NCBI GenBank assembly: GCA_031289615.1
Contig: JAITPD010000033.1
Location: 12,123-76,122 of the forward strand
DNA: 64,000 bases
Origin: Lactobacillaceae bacterium
GTDB lineage: Bacteria; Bacillota; Bacilli; Lactobacillales; Lactobacillaceae
Direction of reading: 5' to 3'
The notes beneath the pieces are model-generated. The model was given only the letters and a program-made list of their open reading frames with translations, was not told the DNA's origin and ran no database searches. Positions 29,187-38,208 of this stretch are shown here, one piece after another. Made by a program: the position numbers and the translations under genes. How positions within the stretch are numbered: the first letter of the stretch is position 1; each line of letters starts with the position of its first letter.

Positions 29187-30536
29187 ATGGCAAGGAATGT
29201 TTTGGTAATTGGATACGCGCGTTCAGGGGCAGCCGTGGCTCGTTTGTTAATTAACGAAGGGGCAACAGTCACTGTTTCTGATCCGCAACTAGATCTCGAG
29301 GATTCACGGGTAATTGCTCTGCAAGACAAAGGAGTCACTTTTACGACTGAGCAGGGCAATGACCTCTTAGAAAATGTTGATGTGATTGTTAAAAATCCTG
29401 GTATTCCATATTCAGCACCAATTCTGGCAGAAGCTTTGCGCCGTGGAATTCCGACTGAAGTTGAAGTGGTTGAAGCACAAAAATATATTACTGGCAATTG
29501 GATTGCTATCACTGGTTCAAATGGTAAAACGACCACAACTGAGATGGTTGCAGCAGTGATGCGAAGTGTGGCCAATGAGCAACACAAGGTCGTCGTGGCT
29601 GGGAATATTGGTACGCCAGTTTCTGAAGTCGCACCAAGTTTGACGGCTGAAGACACTTTAATTACCGAGCTTTCGAGTTTCCAACTTTGGGATATGCCAA
29701 CTGCACATCCTCATTTTGCTGTGGTGACAAACATTTTTGCGTCTCATTTGAATTGGCATGCAGATCGGCAAGAGTATATTGATGCCAAGATGAATATCAC
29801 CAAGAACCAAACGGCAGATGATTATTTGTTGATGAATTGGGATACAGAAGAATGGCGTGAGTTGGCACAGCGGTCACAAGCTCAGATTATTCCGATTTCA
29901 CGTGAGGCTAATTCAAAAGATGGAGCCTACGAACAAGATGGCGTTTTATATTTCCGCGATGAAGCAGTGATGCAGGCTGACCAACTCGGTGTGCCAGGTG
30001 AGCATAATATTGAGAATGCGCTGGTTGCAATTGCGATTGGACGTTTAAATGGAGTTCCGGTAAAACTCATTTCTGATGTGCTCGAACATTTTTCTGGTGT
30101 TGAACATCGCTTGCAGTTTGTTCGCGAATACGCTGGACGACAAATTTACAATGATTCAAAGGCGACAGACATTGAGGCAACGCAAAAAGCTTTGTCAGGA
30201 TTTAAAACGCCGGTTGTTTTGTTAGCTGGTGGATTAGAACGTGGTGATGAATTGCAACGTTTGGCACCTGATTTTAAGCAACATGTACGCGCACTGGTAA
30301 CGTTTGGACAGACTGGTTCGCGTTTAGCTAAGATTGCTGATGAAATTGGACTGCCAAATGTCGCCGTTGAAAGTGCCCAAACTGCTTTTGCGACTGCTTT
30401 TGATTTGAGTGAGGCAGGCGATGTGATTCTTTTGTCACCGGCTGCAGCTTCGTGGGACCAATTTCCTAATTTCGAAACCCGTGGCGCATTATTTGTAAAG
30501 TCAGTTGAAGACTTTATCAAAGCAAAGGAGCAATAA
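29187..30536 (+). CDS. murD: UDP-N-acetylmuramoylalanine--D-glutamate ligase
   Basis: VIGYARSG, ITGSNGKTTT, NIENALVA, DSKATD and LLSPAAASWDQF motifs. Confidence 0.92.
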   Translation: MARNVLVIGYARSGAAVARLLINEGATVTVSDPQLDLEDSRVIALQDKGVTFTTEQGNDLLENVDVIVKNPGIPYSAPILAEALRRGIPTEVEVVEAQKYITGNWIAITGSNGKTTTTEMVAAVMRSVANEQHKVVVAGNIGTPVSEVAPSLTAEDTLITELSSFQLWDMPTAHPHFAVVTNIFASHLNWHADRQEYIDAKMNITKNQTADDYLLMNWDTEEWRELAQRSQAQIIPISREANSKDGAYEQDGVLYFRDEAVMQADQLGVPGEHNIENALVAIAIGRLNGVPVKLISDVLEHFSGVEHRLQFVREYAGRQIYNDSKATDIEATQKALSGFKTPVVLLAGGLERGDELQRLAPDFKQHVRALVTFGQTGSRLAKIADEIGLPNVAVESAQTAFATAFDLSEAGDVILLSPAAASWDQFPNFETRGALFVKSVEDFIKAKEQ

Positions 30537-30537
30537 G

Positions 30538-31632
30538 ATGAAAGTCGTATTTTCTGGTGGTGGCACAGGCGGTCATATTTACCCAGCGTTAGCAACTATT
30601 TCAGAATGGAAAAAGCAAGACCCAGATCTTGATGTGCTCTATATTGGTGGCGAACGTGGCTTGGAAAAAGATATTGTGCCGGCTGCTGGAATTAAATTCG
30701 AACACGTGGCTGTTCAAGGATTTGTGCGTTCAGCGTCGATCGAAAATTTCAAGACAGTCTATTTGTTTCTAACGGCGGTCAAAAAAGCTAAGACATTTTT
30801 GAAAAAGTTTCAACCAGATGTCGTTGTCGGAACCGGTGGATATGTTTCCGGACCAGTTCTGTACGCAGCGCAAACAATGGGAATTCCAACCGTGATTCAT
30901 GAACAAAACTCGGTCGTGGGTGTGACCAATAAATTTTTGGCGCGCAAGGTGACCAAAGTTGGAGTGGCATTTCCAGCGGCGATGAAGGATTTTAAGGAAG
31001 CAACAGTCGTGGGAAATCCGCGGGCTCAGCAAGTTGTGGCTGGTGAGCAAGATAATCATTTTGATTTTGCAACGTTGGGATTAAAAAATGATGTACCCAC
31101 TGTGATGATTTTTGGTGGTTCACAAGGAGCGCCAAAGCTTAATCAAGCAGTTATTTCGGCGCTTCATCAATTCAATAACCAACCGTATCAGATCTTGTTT
31201 GCGACAGGTCAAAAGCGATACGAAGATGTTCAAACAAAGTTGCGCGAAAATGGAATTATTCCTGCAGGCAACGTGGCAATTGTGCCATATATTGCCAATA
31301 TGCAAGAATTGATGCCACGCGTCGATTTGGTAATTGGACGTGCTGGAGCAACTAGTATGGCGGAACAAACCGCGCTAGGTAAGCCAATGGTTTTGATTCC
31401 AAGCCCGTACGTGACGAATGATCATCAGACCAAAAATGCAAAAAGTATGGTCGATGCAGGTGCTGCGGAGATGATTACGGAAGATTCGTTATCGGGAACG
31501 ACTTTGTTTGGAACGGTTGATAATTTGATGAAAAATGATGACGCTCGCAATAATATGGCAAAAAATTCTGCCAAGTTAGGTGTACGTGATGCGGCGGATG
31601 AGTTTATAGAATTGATTAAAGAGAGCATGTAG
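30538..31632 (+). CDS. murG: UDP-N-acetylglucosamine--N-acetylmuramyl-(pentapeptide) pyrophosphoryl-undecaprenol GlcNAc transferase
   Basis: ATG 30538 behind AAGGAG. SGGGTGGHIYPALA, GGYVSGP, FGGSQGA, RAGATS.AE and HQ..NA motifs. Confidence 0.92.
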   Translation: MKVVFSGGGTGGHIYPALATISEWKKQDPDLDVLYIGGERGLEKDIVPAAGIKFEHVAVQGFVRSASIENFKTVYLFLTAVKKAKTFLKKFQPDVVVGTGGYVSGPVLYAAQTMGIPTVIHEQNSVVGVTNKFLARKVTKVGVAFPAAMKDFKEATVVGNPRAQQVVAGEQDNHFDFATLGLKNDVPTVMIFGGSQGAPKLNQAVISALHQFNNQPYQILFATGQKRYEDVQTKLRENGIIPAGNVAIVPYIANMQELMPRVDLVIGRAGATSMAEQTALGKPMVLIPSPYVTNDHQTKNAKSMVDAGAAEMITEDSLSGTTLFGTVDNLMKNDDARNNMAKNSAKLGVRDAADEFIELIKESM

Positions 31633-31784
31633 AAACGTTTTTGCTGCAAGCAAAATATTTTTGCCGAGCTAATTGAGTTTCGTTCGTTACGTGCAACGTG
31701 ACGAAAAGAAACTGGATTAGAGTCGGTGAAAATAAGTTTCGAAAGGCGTTTATAAGAGAGCATGTAGAAACGTTTTTGCTGCAA
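31619..31784. repeat. Perfect 31-bp direct repeat (31619-31649 and 31754-31784) flanking a 104-bp hairpin-containing segment
   Basis: AAGAGAGCATGTAGAAACGTTTTTGCTGCAA occurs twice. The first copy contains the murG stop codon. The intervening segment holds a 14-bp interrupted hairpin, GTTTCGTTCGTTACG/CGTGACGAAAAGAAAC (~31677-31712). Confidence 0.9.
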
Positions 31785-31809
31785 AATACAAAAGAAGGGA
31801 GGAAGCGTT

Positions 31810-32769
31810 ATGACTAAGCCAATTGATTCAAAAGAAGAACCAGAGTTAGAACCTGCAACAGAGGAAGATGAAATAGTTTCATCCAAAGAAATCGCCCGGC
31901 ATTTAGAAGAACTGCTTGGTGCGCAATCAGATGATGAGAACGAAGATGAAATTCCAGAGCAAGAAAACTCTGATTTTGACAAGCAAGAGAATGGTGAACG
32001 TCAGCTTCCTTCATTCAAAAATATTTTTCAGGCGAAACGACTTGGTCAAATTGGCTGGAGTCAAAAGCATGAACATATACTGACTTATCGCGAATTGCAT
32101 GCAGTTCGGATGTTATTAATTTTAGGATTAGCAGCCATCTTTTTAACCCTATTACTTTCACCAATTTCCGCAGTCAAGAACATTGAGGTTACTGGGAATT
32201 CAGACTTGTCTAAAAAAGAAGTTCTGGCAGCAGCAAAGATTCATTCGCGCATGTCAATTAGTGAATTGTTTACTGAACAGCATTTCTTTATTGATAGCGC
32301 TAAAAAAAATCCACAGATCAGCCAACTACAGATTAAATATCTGGCGGCCAACGTCGTACAAATTCACATCAAAGAGATTGTCAAGGTTGGTTTTGTGAAA
32401 GTGAATGATAAATATTATTACGTTTTAGCAGATGGACGGTATATCGCTGCGCCACTTGGTGAGTTTGATCAGCGAAATTTGCCTTTGTATGACAATTTTA
32501 AGAGCCATGCGAAGTTGAAATTGGTCACACAGCAAGTTGGTGAATTATCGCCGGCGTTGCGTAACGGTATTTCAGAAGTTCTTTGGTCACCAACGAAAGA
32601 AAATGCTGCACGAGTCATGCTAATTATGGATGATGGAAATGAAGTGCTTGTTAACGCGAACAGTTTAGCTAAAAATATGCAATATTATCCAGGAATGGCA
32701 GTTCAAGTGACCGAAAAAGGGGTCGTTGATTTGCAAGTTGGGGCATATTTTCAACCATATGGACAATAA
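31810..32769 (+). CDS. divIB: Cell-division protein DivIB/FtsQ
   Basis: Acidic N-terminal extension, one TM helix (LLILGLAAIFLTLLLSPI), and POTRA-like and FtsQ-like domains. Slot between murG and ftsA. Confidence 0.75.
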   Translation: MTKPIDSKEEPELEPATEEDEIVSSKEIARHLEELLGAQSDDENEDEIPEQENSDFDKQENGERQLPSFKNIFQAKRLGQIGWSQKHEHILTYRELHAVRMLLILGLAAIFLTLLLSPISAVKNIEVTGNSDLSKKEVLAAAKIHSRMSISELFTEQHFFIDSAKKNPQISQLQIKYLAANVVQIHIKEIVKVGFVKVNDKYYYVLADGRYIAAPLGEFDQRNLPLYDNFKSHAKLKLVTQQVGELSPALRNGISEVLWSPTKENAARVMLIMDDGNEVLVNANSLAKNMQYYPGMAVQVTEKGVVDLQVGAYFQPYGQ

Positions 32770-32872
32770 TGAGTAAATACCATAGATACCAAGCGGTAAT
32801 TTATGGTATTATTTTAATTATAAGAATTTAAATTAATCTGACACAATTGTCTGGAGAATAGGAGGGTTGCTA

Positions 32873-34255
32873 ATGGCCAATCACGGAATGATTGTTGGCC
32901 TAGATGTCGGAACGAATACCGTCAAGGTTTTGGTTGCCGATGTCAGGGACAAACAAGTAAATGTGATCGCTGTTGGGAGGGCCGTTTCGCATGGTGTTAA
33001 ACGAGGAGTAGTTGTCGATATTGACGCTGCTGCCAACGACATTCGTGCAGCCCTAGCCCAAGTAACCGAACAAACCAACCAAACCGTGACCGAAGTGATT
33101 GCTAGCATTCCCGCTACCGCAATTCAAATGAAAGCGGTCAAAGGAACGGTTGCAGTACATGATTCACAACATATTTCATATGCTGATGTTGCTGCAGCTG
33201 TTGAACAAGCGGTTAATATCCCACTTGGACAGGATCAAGCGATTATTGATTTAACTCCGCAAGAATTTGAAGTTGATGATTTAACCGGAGTTGTTGATCC
33301 CAATGACATGGTCGGAACTCATCTGACTTTGAAGGGAATTGCTTATTCAGGGCCACGGCAACTTGTGACAAACTTGCAAGCAGCAATTGAAAAAGCTGGG
33401 CTCCGGCTCCGTGATATGGTTTTGGCTCCGCTAGCGTATAGTCAAACCATTCCATCAGATGCTGAACAAGAGTTTGGAACTGTGCTACTTGATATGGGTG
33501 CTGGTCAAACAACGGCAACAATCGTACACAATCACCAAATTAAATTCATCTCAACATTTACTGCAGGTGGAGCTAATATTACAAAAGACATCAGTACTGT
33601 TTTAAATATTAGTACCAAGGAAGCCGAAAACTTAAAGCTTGATGCAGGAGTTGCTTCACCAGAGTTTGCGAATCCAACGAATCAATTAACAATTAATCCT
33701 GTTGGTCAAGAAGCTATGCGGATTAGCGAAGTTGAGTTGGCTGAAATTATCGGTGCGCGTGTGCAACAAATTGTCGCAAAGTTGGGCGAGCGACTAGACG
33801 CAGTTTCAGCATTCCAACTTCCTGGTGGCATGATTGTTGCTGGTGGTAGTGCGGCGCTGAAAAATACCGCTGAAGTGTTGAAGAAGGAGTATGGTGTGAA
33901 CGTGAAATTATTCATGCCAAACGAAATCGGACTGCGCCATCCAGCGTATGTTGGAGCTTGGACGGTTGTAAACTATGCAGCGCGTCAAACCCAAGTCGCA
34001 TTGATTGTGAAGCAAGCTTTGTATGGATTGCCACTATCATTTGCAAACACGCAAGGAATTCCGGCGGCAGGTCAAAATAAACGACCAGCTTGGGATAACC
34101 TTAAGACCTCACTTACAAATGGAATTGGGCAGTCTCAACCGGATGAACAGCTATCACCTGGATATTCGGGTGAGCCTGAACAACCACGCTCGTCTACTCC
34201 TAGACGGTCGATTGGCCAACGCGTGAGTGCTTGGTTCAAGGAATTATTTAACTAA
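32873..34255 (+). CDS. ftsA: Cell-division protein FtsA
   Basis: ATG 32873 behind GGAGGG. VGLDVGTNTVKVLV, LLDMGAGQTT and GG.IVAGGSA actin-fold motifs. Confidence 0.9.
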   Translation: MANHGMIVGLDVGTNTVKVLVADVRDKQVNVIAVGRAVSHGVKRGVVVDIDAAANDIRAALAQVTEQTNQTVTEVIASIPATAIQMKAVKGTVAVHDSQHISYADVAAAVEQAVNIPLGQDQAIIDLTPQEFEVDDLTGVVDPNDMVGTHLTLKGIAYSGPRQLVTNLQAAIEKAGLRLRDMVLAPLAYSQTIPSDAEQEFGTVLLDMGAGQTTATIVHNHQIKFISTFTAGGANITKDISTVLNISTKEAENLKLDAGVASPEFANPTNQLTINPVGQEAMRISEVELAEIIGARVQQIVAKLGERLDAVSAFQLPGGMIVAGGSAALKNTAEVLKKEYGVNVKLFMPNEIGLRHPAYVGAWTVVNYAARQTQVALIVKQALYGLPLSFANTQGIPAAGQNKRPAWDNLKTSLTNGIGQSQPDEQLSPGYSGEPEQPRSSTPRRSIGQRVSAWFKELFN

Positions 34256-34289
34256 CTAAAAACAGCTAATTACGAAAGAGGAGTATCCC

Positions 34290-35558
34290 ATGGATATGCA
34301 AATTGAAAACCGACCAATTGGTGCAGCGATTAAAGTCATTGGTGTTGGTGGCGGTGGTGGAAATGCCATCGCACAAATGGTCGCCAGCGGTGTCACAGGA
34401 GTCCAATTTATTGTGGCCAATACTGACGCCCAAGCACTTGCTATTTCGCCAGCCGAAGTAAAGATCCAAATCGGAGCAAAGGCAACTAAGGGGCTTGGAG
34501 CAGGTGCTCGTCCAGAAGTTGGTGCCGAGGCTGCGTCAGAATCAGAATCAGAAATTGCTGAAGCTTTAGCTGGTGCTGATATGGTCTTTGTCACTGCCGG
34601 AATGGGTGGTGGAACTGGAACCGGAGCCGCACCAATTGTCGCACGTATCGCTAAAGAAGCTGGTGCATTGACAGTTGGTGTCGTAACGCGTCCCTTTAGT
34701 TTTGAAGGGCCAAAGCGTGGAACGGCTGCAGCAGAAGGACTTGCTAATTTAAAGAAGAACGTTGATTCTTTGATTGTTGTTTCAAATAACAACCTTTTGC
34801 AAGTGCTCGACCGTAACACAACAATGATTGACGCCTTTAAGATGGCTGACTCAGTGCTTGTAAACGGAGTGACTGGAATTTCACAATTGATTACAAATCC
34901 TGGTCTAATCAACGTCGACTTTGCTGATGTTAAGACAGTGATGGAAAATAAGGGAACTGCTGTGATGGGAATCGCAACAGCTGCTGGTGAAAGTGCTGCC
35001 GCTGATGCAACTAAGGCCGCTATCAAGTCACCATTGCTTGAATCTAAGATTGATGGAGCCACAGACGTGTTGCTATCAGTCAAGGGTGGATACAGCATGC
35101 CTTTGTTTGCCGCTCAAGAAGCCGCTGACGCAATTAAGGAAGCTGCCGGAGACAATGTGAACGTTATCTTTGGAACGACCTTAGACGAAGCATTAGGCGA
35201 TGATATTATGGTTACGATCGTTGCAACTGGGATCGATCAACCAACAACGCCAAAGGTTGAATTAAACGTTAATAGCGCCACTCAACCAGCAGCCAATGCT
35301 TTTAATCAATCACGACCAGCAGCACCTCAACCAACGCAAACTAAGCCAGCTCAAAATTCAAATGATCCATTTGCTGGTTGGAATGCATTTGAATCAACAT
35401 CTAACAATGAAACAGCTGCGGTGAACGAAGCGCCAGCACAACAATCACCTGTTTCAGCTGACACACAATCATTTGATTCATTCGCTAACGATGGAACAGA
35501 TGAAGATGAAGTTGAACGCCCACCTTTCTTTGCTTGGAAGAATCGTGACAACAACTAA
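34290..35558 (+). CDS. ftsZ: Cell-division GTPase FtsZ
   Basis: [13 protein letters not shown], the tubulin signature [17 protein letters not shown], and a C-terminal disordered linker plus the conserved peptide (..PPFF..). Confidence 0.95.
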   Translation: MDMQIENRPIGAAIKVIGVGGGGGNAIAQMVASGVTGVQFIVANTDAQALAISPAEVKIQIGAKATKGLGAGARPEVGAEAASESESEIAEALAGADMVFVTAGMGGGTGTGAAPIVARIAKEAGALTVGVVTRPFSFEGPKRGTAAAEGLANLKKNVDSLIVVSNNNLLQVLDRNTTMIDAFKMADSVLVNGVTGISQLITNPGLINVDFADVKTVMENKGTAVMGIATAAGESAAADATKAAIKSPLLESKIDGATDVLLSVKGGYSMPLFAAQEAADAIKEAAGDNVNVIFGTTLDEALGDDIMVTIVATGIDQPTTPKVELNVNSATQPAANAFNQSRPAAPQPTQTKPAQNSNDPFAGWNAFESTSNNETAAVNEAPAQQSPVSADTQSFDSFANDGTDEDEVERPPFFAWKNRDNN

Positions 35559-35571
35559 CGGAGAATAGGAA

Positions 35572-36042
35572 ATGGGATTCATGGATACTTTTAAAAAGTT
35601 TTTTAATTCAGATGAAGAAGATTATGAGTACAGTGCTTCTTCACAAGGATATTATGAAAATGATGATGCCCAAAATGCTGGACCATCAATTGCTACACCA
35701 CAGCCTGAATCACGGCCAAAAGCAAACAAGCGGGCCAACGTTCTTGCGATGGATGCAGCACGTCAAGGTGAAGCCTCAAAGATTGTCGTCTTCGAGCCAC
35801 GCATTTATTCTGACGTGAAAGAGATTGTCAATGAAATTTTGGGTGGCAATGCTGCTTTGGTGAATTTTAGTTCAATTGACAATGCTCAATCAATGCGGAT
35901 TGTTGACTACTTGGCTGGTGCAGCTCAAGCAGTTGATGGAAGCGTGCAACGAATTGGAGAGTCAATTTTCCTTGCAGCACCACATAACTTTGAAATTTCA
36001 GGAACGATTTCACAAAATTTGGGAAATACGTTTGGCAACTAA
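35572..36042 (+). CDS. sepF: Cell-division protein SepF
   Basis: 156 aa. IVVFEPRIYSDVKEIVNEILGGNAALVNF core. Position after ftsZ. Confidence 0.85.
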   Translation: MGFMDTFKKFFNSDEEDYEYSASSQGYYENDDAQNAGPSIATPQPESRPKANKRANVLAMDAARQGEASKIVVFEPRIYSDVKEIVNEILGGNAALVNFSSIDNAQSMRIVDYLAGAAQAVDGSVQRIGESIFLAAPHNFEISGTISQNLGNTFGN

Positions 36043-36054
36043 ATTGGAGCTAGT

Positions 36055-36318
36055 ATGAATTTAATCATTTCGTTGTTGCACTATTTGATTCAAGCTTTTG
36101 AAATCTTGATCGTGTTATCAGCATTGATGTCGTGGTTGCCAGGCGCAGCACAATCACCACTTGGCCGGTGGGTCTACAGTATTGCTGGAATCGTGGTTAA
36201 TCCAGTGCGCCGGGTAATGCCGCGGACCGGGATGATCGACTTTTCACCATTGGCCGCTTTGTTAATTCTTGAAGCGGCCGAGATGGGACTGCGTGTGCTA
36301 AGTCAAATATTTATATAA
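36055..36318 (+). CDS. YggT-family membrane protein (YlmG)
   Basis: 87 aa. ..LMSWLPG.. and ..DFSPL.. YggT motifs. Canonical dcw-distal slot. Confidence 0.8.
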   Translation: MNLIISLLHYLIQAFEILIVLSALMSWLPGAAQSPLGRWVYSIAGIVVNPVRRVMPRTGMIDFSPLAALLILEAAEMGLRVLSQIFI

Positions 36319-36345
36319 CTAATCAAAGAAAAGAGGTACAACTGA

Positions 36346-37137
36346 ATGGTTGATAATGTGAAGCAACATTTTCGACCGGCCGAGGCCTCTTTTATTGATT
36401 TAAGTGAGGGTTATATTCGCCAAGTGTTTGATGAATATCGGCCGGTCCTGACAAATTTTTTGAATCCACGACAGCGCTACATTTTAGAAACGCTGGTAAA
36501 TCAGCATGATGAAATAAAAATGTTGGCAAACGGTGGGTTTAAAGATGCTGAGAGTCAGAGAGTTTTGCTCTTTCCAGAATATTACGAGCCTGAGCTAAAG
36601 GATTTTGAAATCGCAGCAATTGAGATTAATTATCCGACCAAGTTTACTGACTTGCACCATAGCACGGTACTTGGAACGCTGATGCACGCGGGAATTGAGC
36701 GAGACAGCGTTGGCGATATTGTGACTAATGGCAATGGCAATGGCATTTGGCAGTTTGTACTGACGGAACCAATGGCCAGGTTTGTGCAAACAACTTTAGA
36801 CCATATTGGAAAAGTAAAAGTTCGGTTTGAGTCGATCGAATTGACAACATTGATTGAACATCTGGAAGAGTGGGAAGAGATCGAAACGACGGTCGCAGCG
36901 CTACGATTGGATATTATTGTTGCAAATGGGTATAATATATCTAGAACACATGCAAAAGAAATAATTGAGCGTGGTTCTGTTCGTGTTAATTGGATTGATA
37001 TTCCAAGACCGGATTACTTATTAGCCGTCAATGATTTAATATCAGTGCGCAAGTATGGACGGATCAAACTCATTGATGAAAATGGGTTAACAAAAAAAGA
37101 TAAATGGCGCATTACGTTGGCCGTTATTAAGAAGTAG
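36346..37137 (+). CDS. ylmH: S4-domain RNA-binding protein YlmH
   Basis: 263 aa. The C-terminal S4-like segment is RLDIIVANGYNISRTHAKEIIERGSVRVNW. Slot before divIVA. Confidence 0.8.
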   Translation: MVDNVKQHFRPAEASFIDLSEGYIRQVFDEYRPVLTNFLNPRQRYILETLVNQHDEIKMLANGGFKDAESQRVLLFPEYYEPELKDFEIAAIEINYPTKFTDLHHSTVLGTLMHAGIERDSVGDIVTNGNGNGIWQFVLTEPMARFVQTTLDHIGKVKVRFESIELTTLIEHLEEWEEIETTVAALRLDIIVANGYNISRTHAKEIIERGSVRVNWIDIPRPDYLLAVNDLISVRKYGRIKLIDENGLTKKDKWRITLAVIKK

Positions 37138-37152
37138 AAAGAGGATATGAAT

Positions 37153-37914
37153 ATGGCACTTACACCACAAGAAATTCACTCAAAAGAGTTTACTAATCGC
37201 GGACGTGGCTTCGACAAGACAGAAGTTAATGATTTTTTGGATCAAGTTGTAATTGATTTTGAAGCTTTGATCACTGAAAACCAAACTTTGAAGACTAAGT
37301 TGGCCGAATCAGAAGCAAACACAAAGCAAGTTGAAGAGATGAAGCAATCTGTTAACTCATCAATTTTGATTGCCCAAGAAGCTGCTGAACGTTTGAAGAA
37401 GCAAACTGAATCAGAAGTTGAAGCTACTCGTAATCAAGCTGAAGAGCAAGCCCAACAAACTGTTTTGGAAGCAACTGCCAAGGCTAATAAGATTGTGACT
37501 GGTGCCAACACTGATGCATCACAAATCAAGGCTGATTCAGATCAAGAAATTGAAAAGTTGCATGCTGAAAAGGATGCATTGACTCAAGAATTGTCATCAT
37601 TCAAGGCTAAGTTGACTGGAATGTTGCAAAATCAAATTGATTTGGTTAACAACGATAAGAACTGGGACAAGGTTGATTCTTCTGCAGCCAAGATTACTTC
37701 AGCTCCTGCTTCAGAAGCACCTGTTGCGCAAGAAGTTGCTCCAACTAGTACACCAGATTCATTGAGCGAAGACGATTTCGAAGCAGCCGTTCAAGCTAAG
37801 TTGGCCGAATTTGCAAGTGCTAGTTCAGAAGCACCTGCAGAGCAAGCACCTGAAACTTTGGTTGTCTTCCCAGAATCTGCAGCAGATGATGATAAGTTCT
37901 TGAACAAGGACTAA
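37153..37914 (+). CDS. divIVA: Septum-site-determining protein DivIVA
   Basis: ATG 37153 (better spaced from AAGAGGA than 37147). MALTPQEIHSKEF..RGFDKTEVNDFLDQV N-terminal domain, long coiled-coil and Ala/Ser/Glu-rich tail. Confidence 0.85.
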   Translation: MALTPQEIHSKEFTNRGRGFDKTEVNDFLDQVVIDFEALITENQTLKTKLAESEANTKQVEEMKQSVNSSILIAQEAAERLKKQTESEVEATRNQAEEQAQQTVLEATAKANKIVTGANTDASQIKADSDQEIEKLHAEKDALTQELSSFKAKLTGMLQNQIDLVNNDKNWDKVDSSAAKITSAPASEAPVAQEVAPTSTPDSLSEDDFEAAVQAKLAEFASASSEAPAEQAPETLVVFPESAADDDKFLNKD

Positions 37915-37974
37915 TTCACATTTAATTTTGCCATCAAACACAATCGCACAAATGGTTGTGTTATAATAAGTTTA

Positions 37975-38172
37975 GTTTTTTGACCAAACGATATTTGAGA
38001 TACTTTAAAGCGACCTGGAGATGGTGTGAGCCAGGAAAGTTAAGCCAAATATTTATCAGCAAAAGACCAACTTTAATACTTAATGAGGCCCAAAATGGGT
38101 GAACTCGGGTGGTACCACGTTTGTAGATGACGTCCCGCGCTGATAATTTATCGGCGAGGGGCTTTTTATTTT
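37975..38172 (+). promoter_or_regulatory. T-box leader (tRNA-Ile-responsive attenuator) of ileS, including the terminator at 38133-38172
   Basis: Extended -10 TGTTATAAT at 37959-37967. T-box sequence GAACTCGGGTGGTACCACG at 38101-38119. Terminator stem CCCGCGCTGATAA/TTATCGGCGAGGG followed by a T-run. A possible ATC specifier (38055-38057) is tentative. Confidence 0.75.
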
Positions 38173-38208
38173 GAGAATACGGATTATTGATAAGAGAGGA
38201 AGATGACA

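Noticed and set aside
29183-30595. Minus-strand ORFs 29183-29656 (157 aa) and 30146-30595 (149 aa)
   Set aside because: Both are antisense to murD, low-complexity, and lack an RBS.
31425-31982. 185-aa minus-strand ORF spanning the murG end, the spacer and the divIB start
   Set aside because: It overlaps two well-supported + strand genes. Its internal repeat QQKRFYMLS is simply the 31-bp direct repeat read backwards.
34256-35098. 280-aa minus-strand ORF
   Set aside because: Antisense shadow of ftsZ. The product is Ala/Ser/Pro-rich, mirroring the Gly/Ala-rich FtsZ codons, and has no independent signals.
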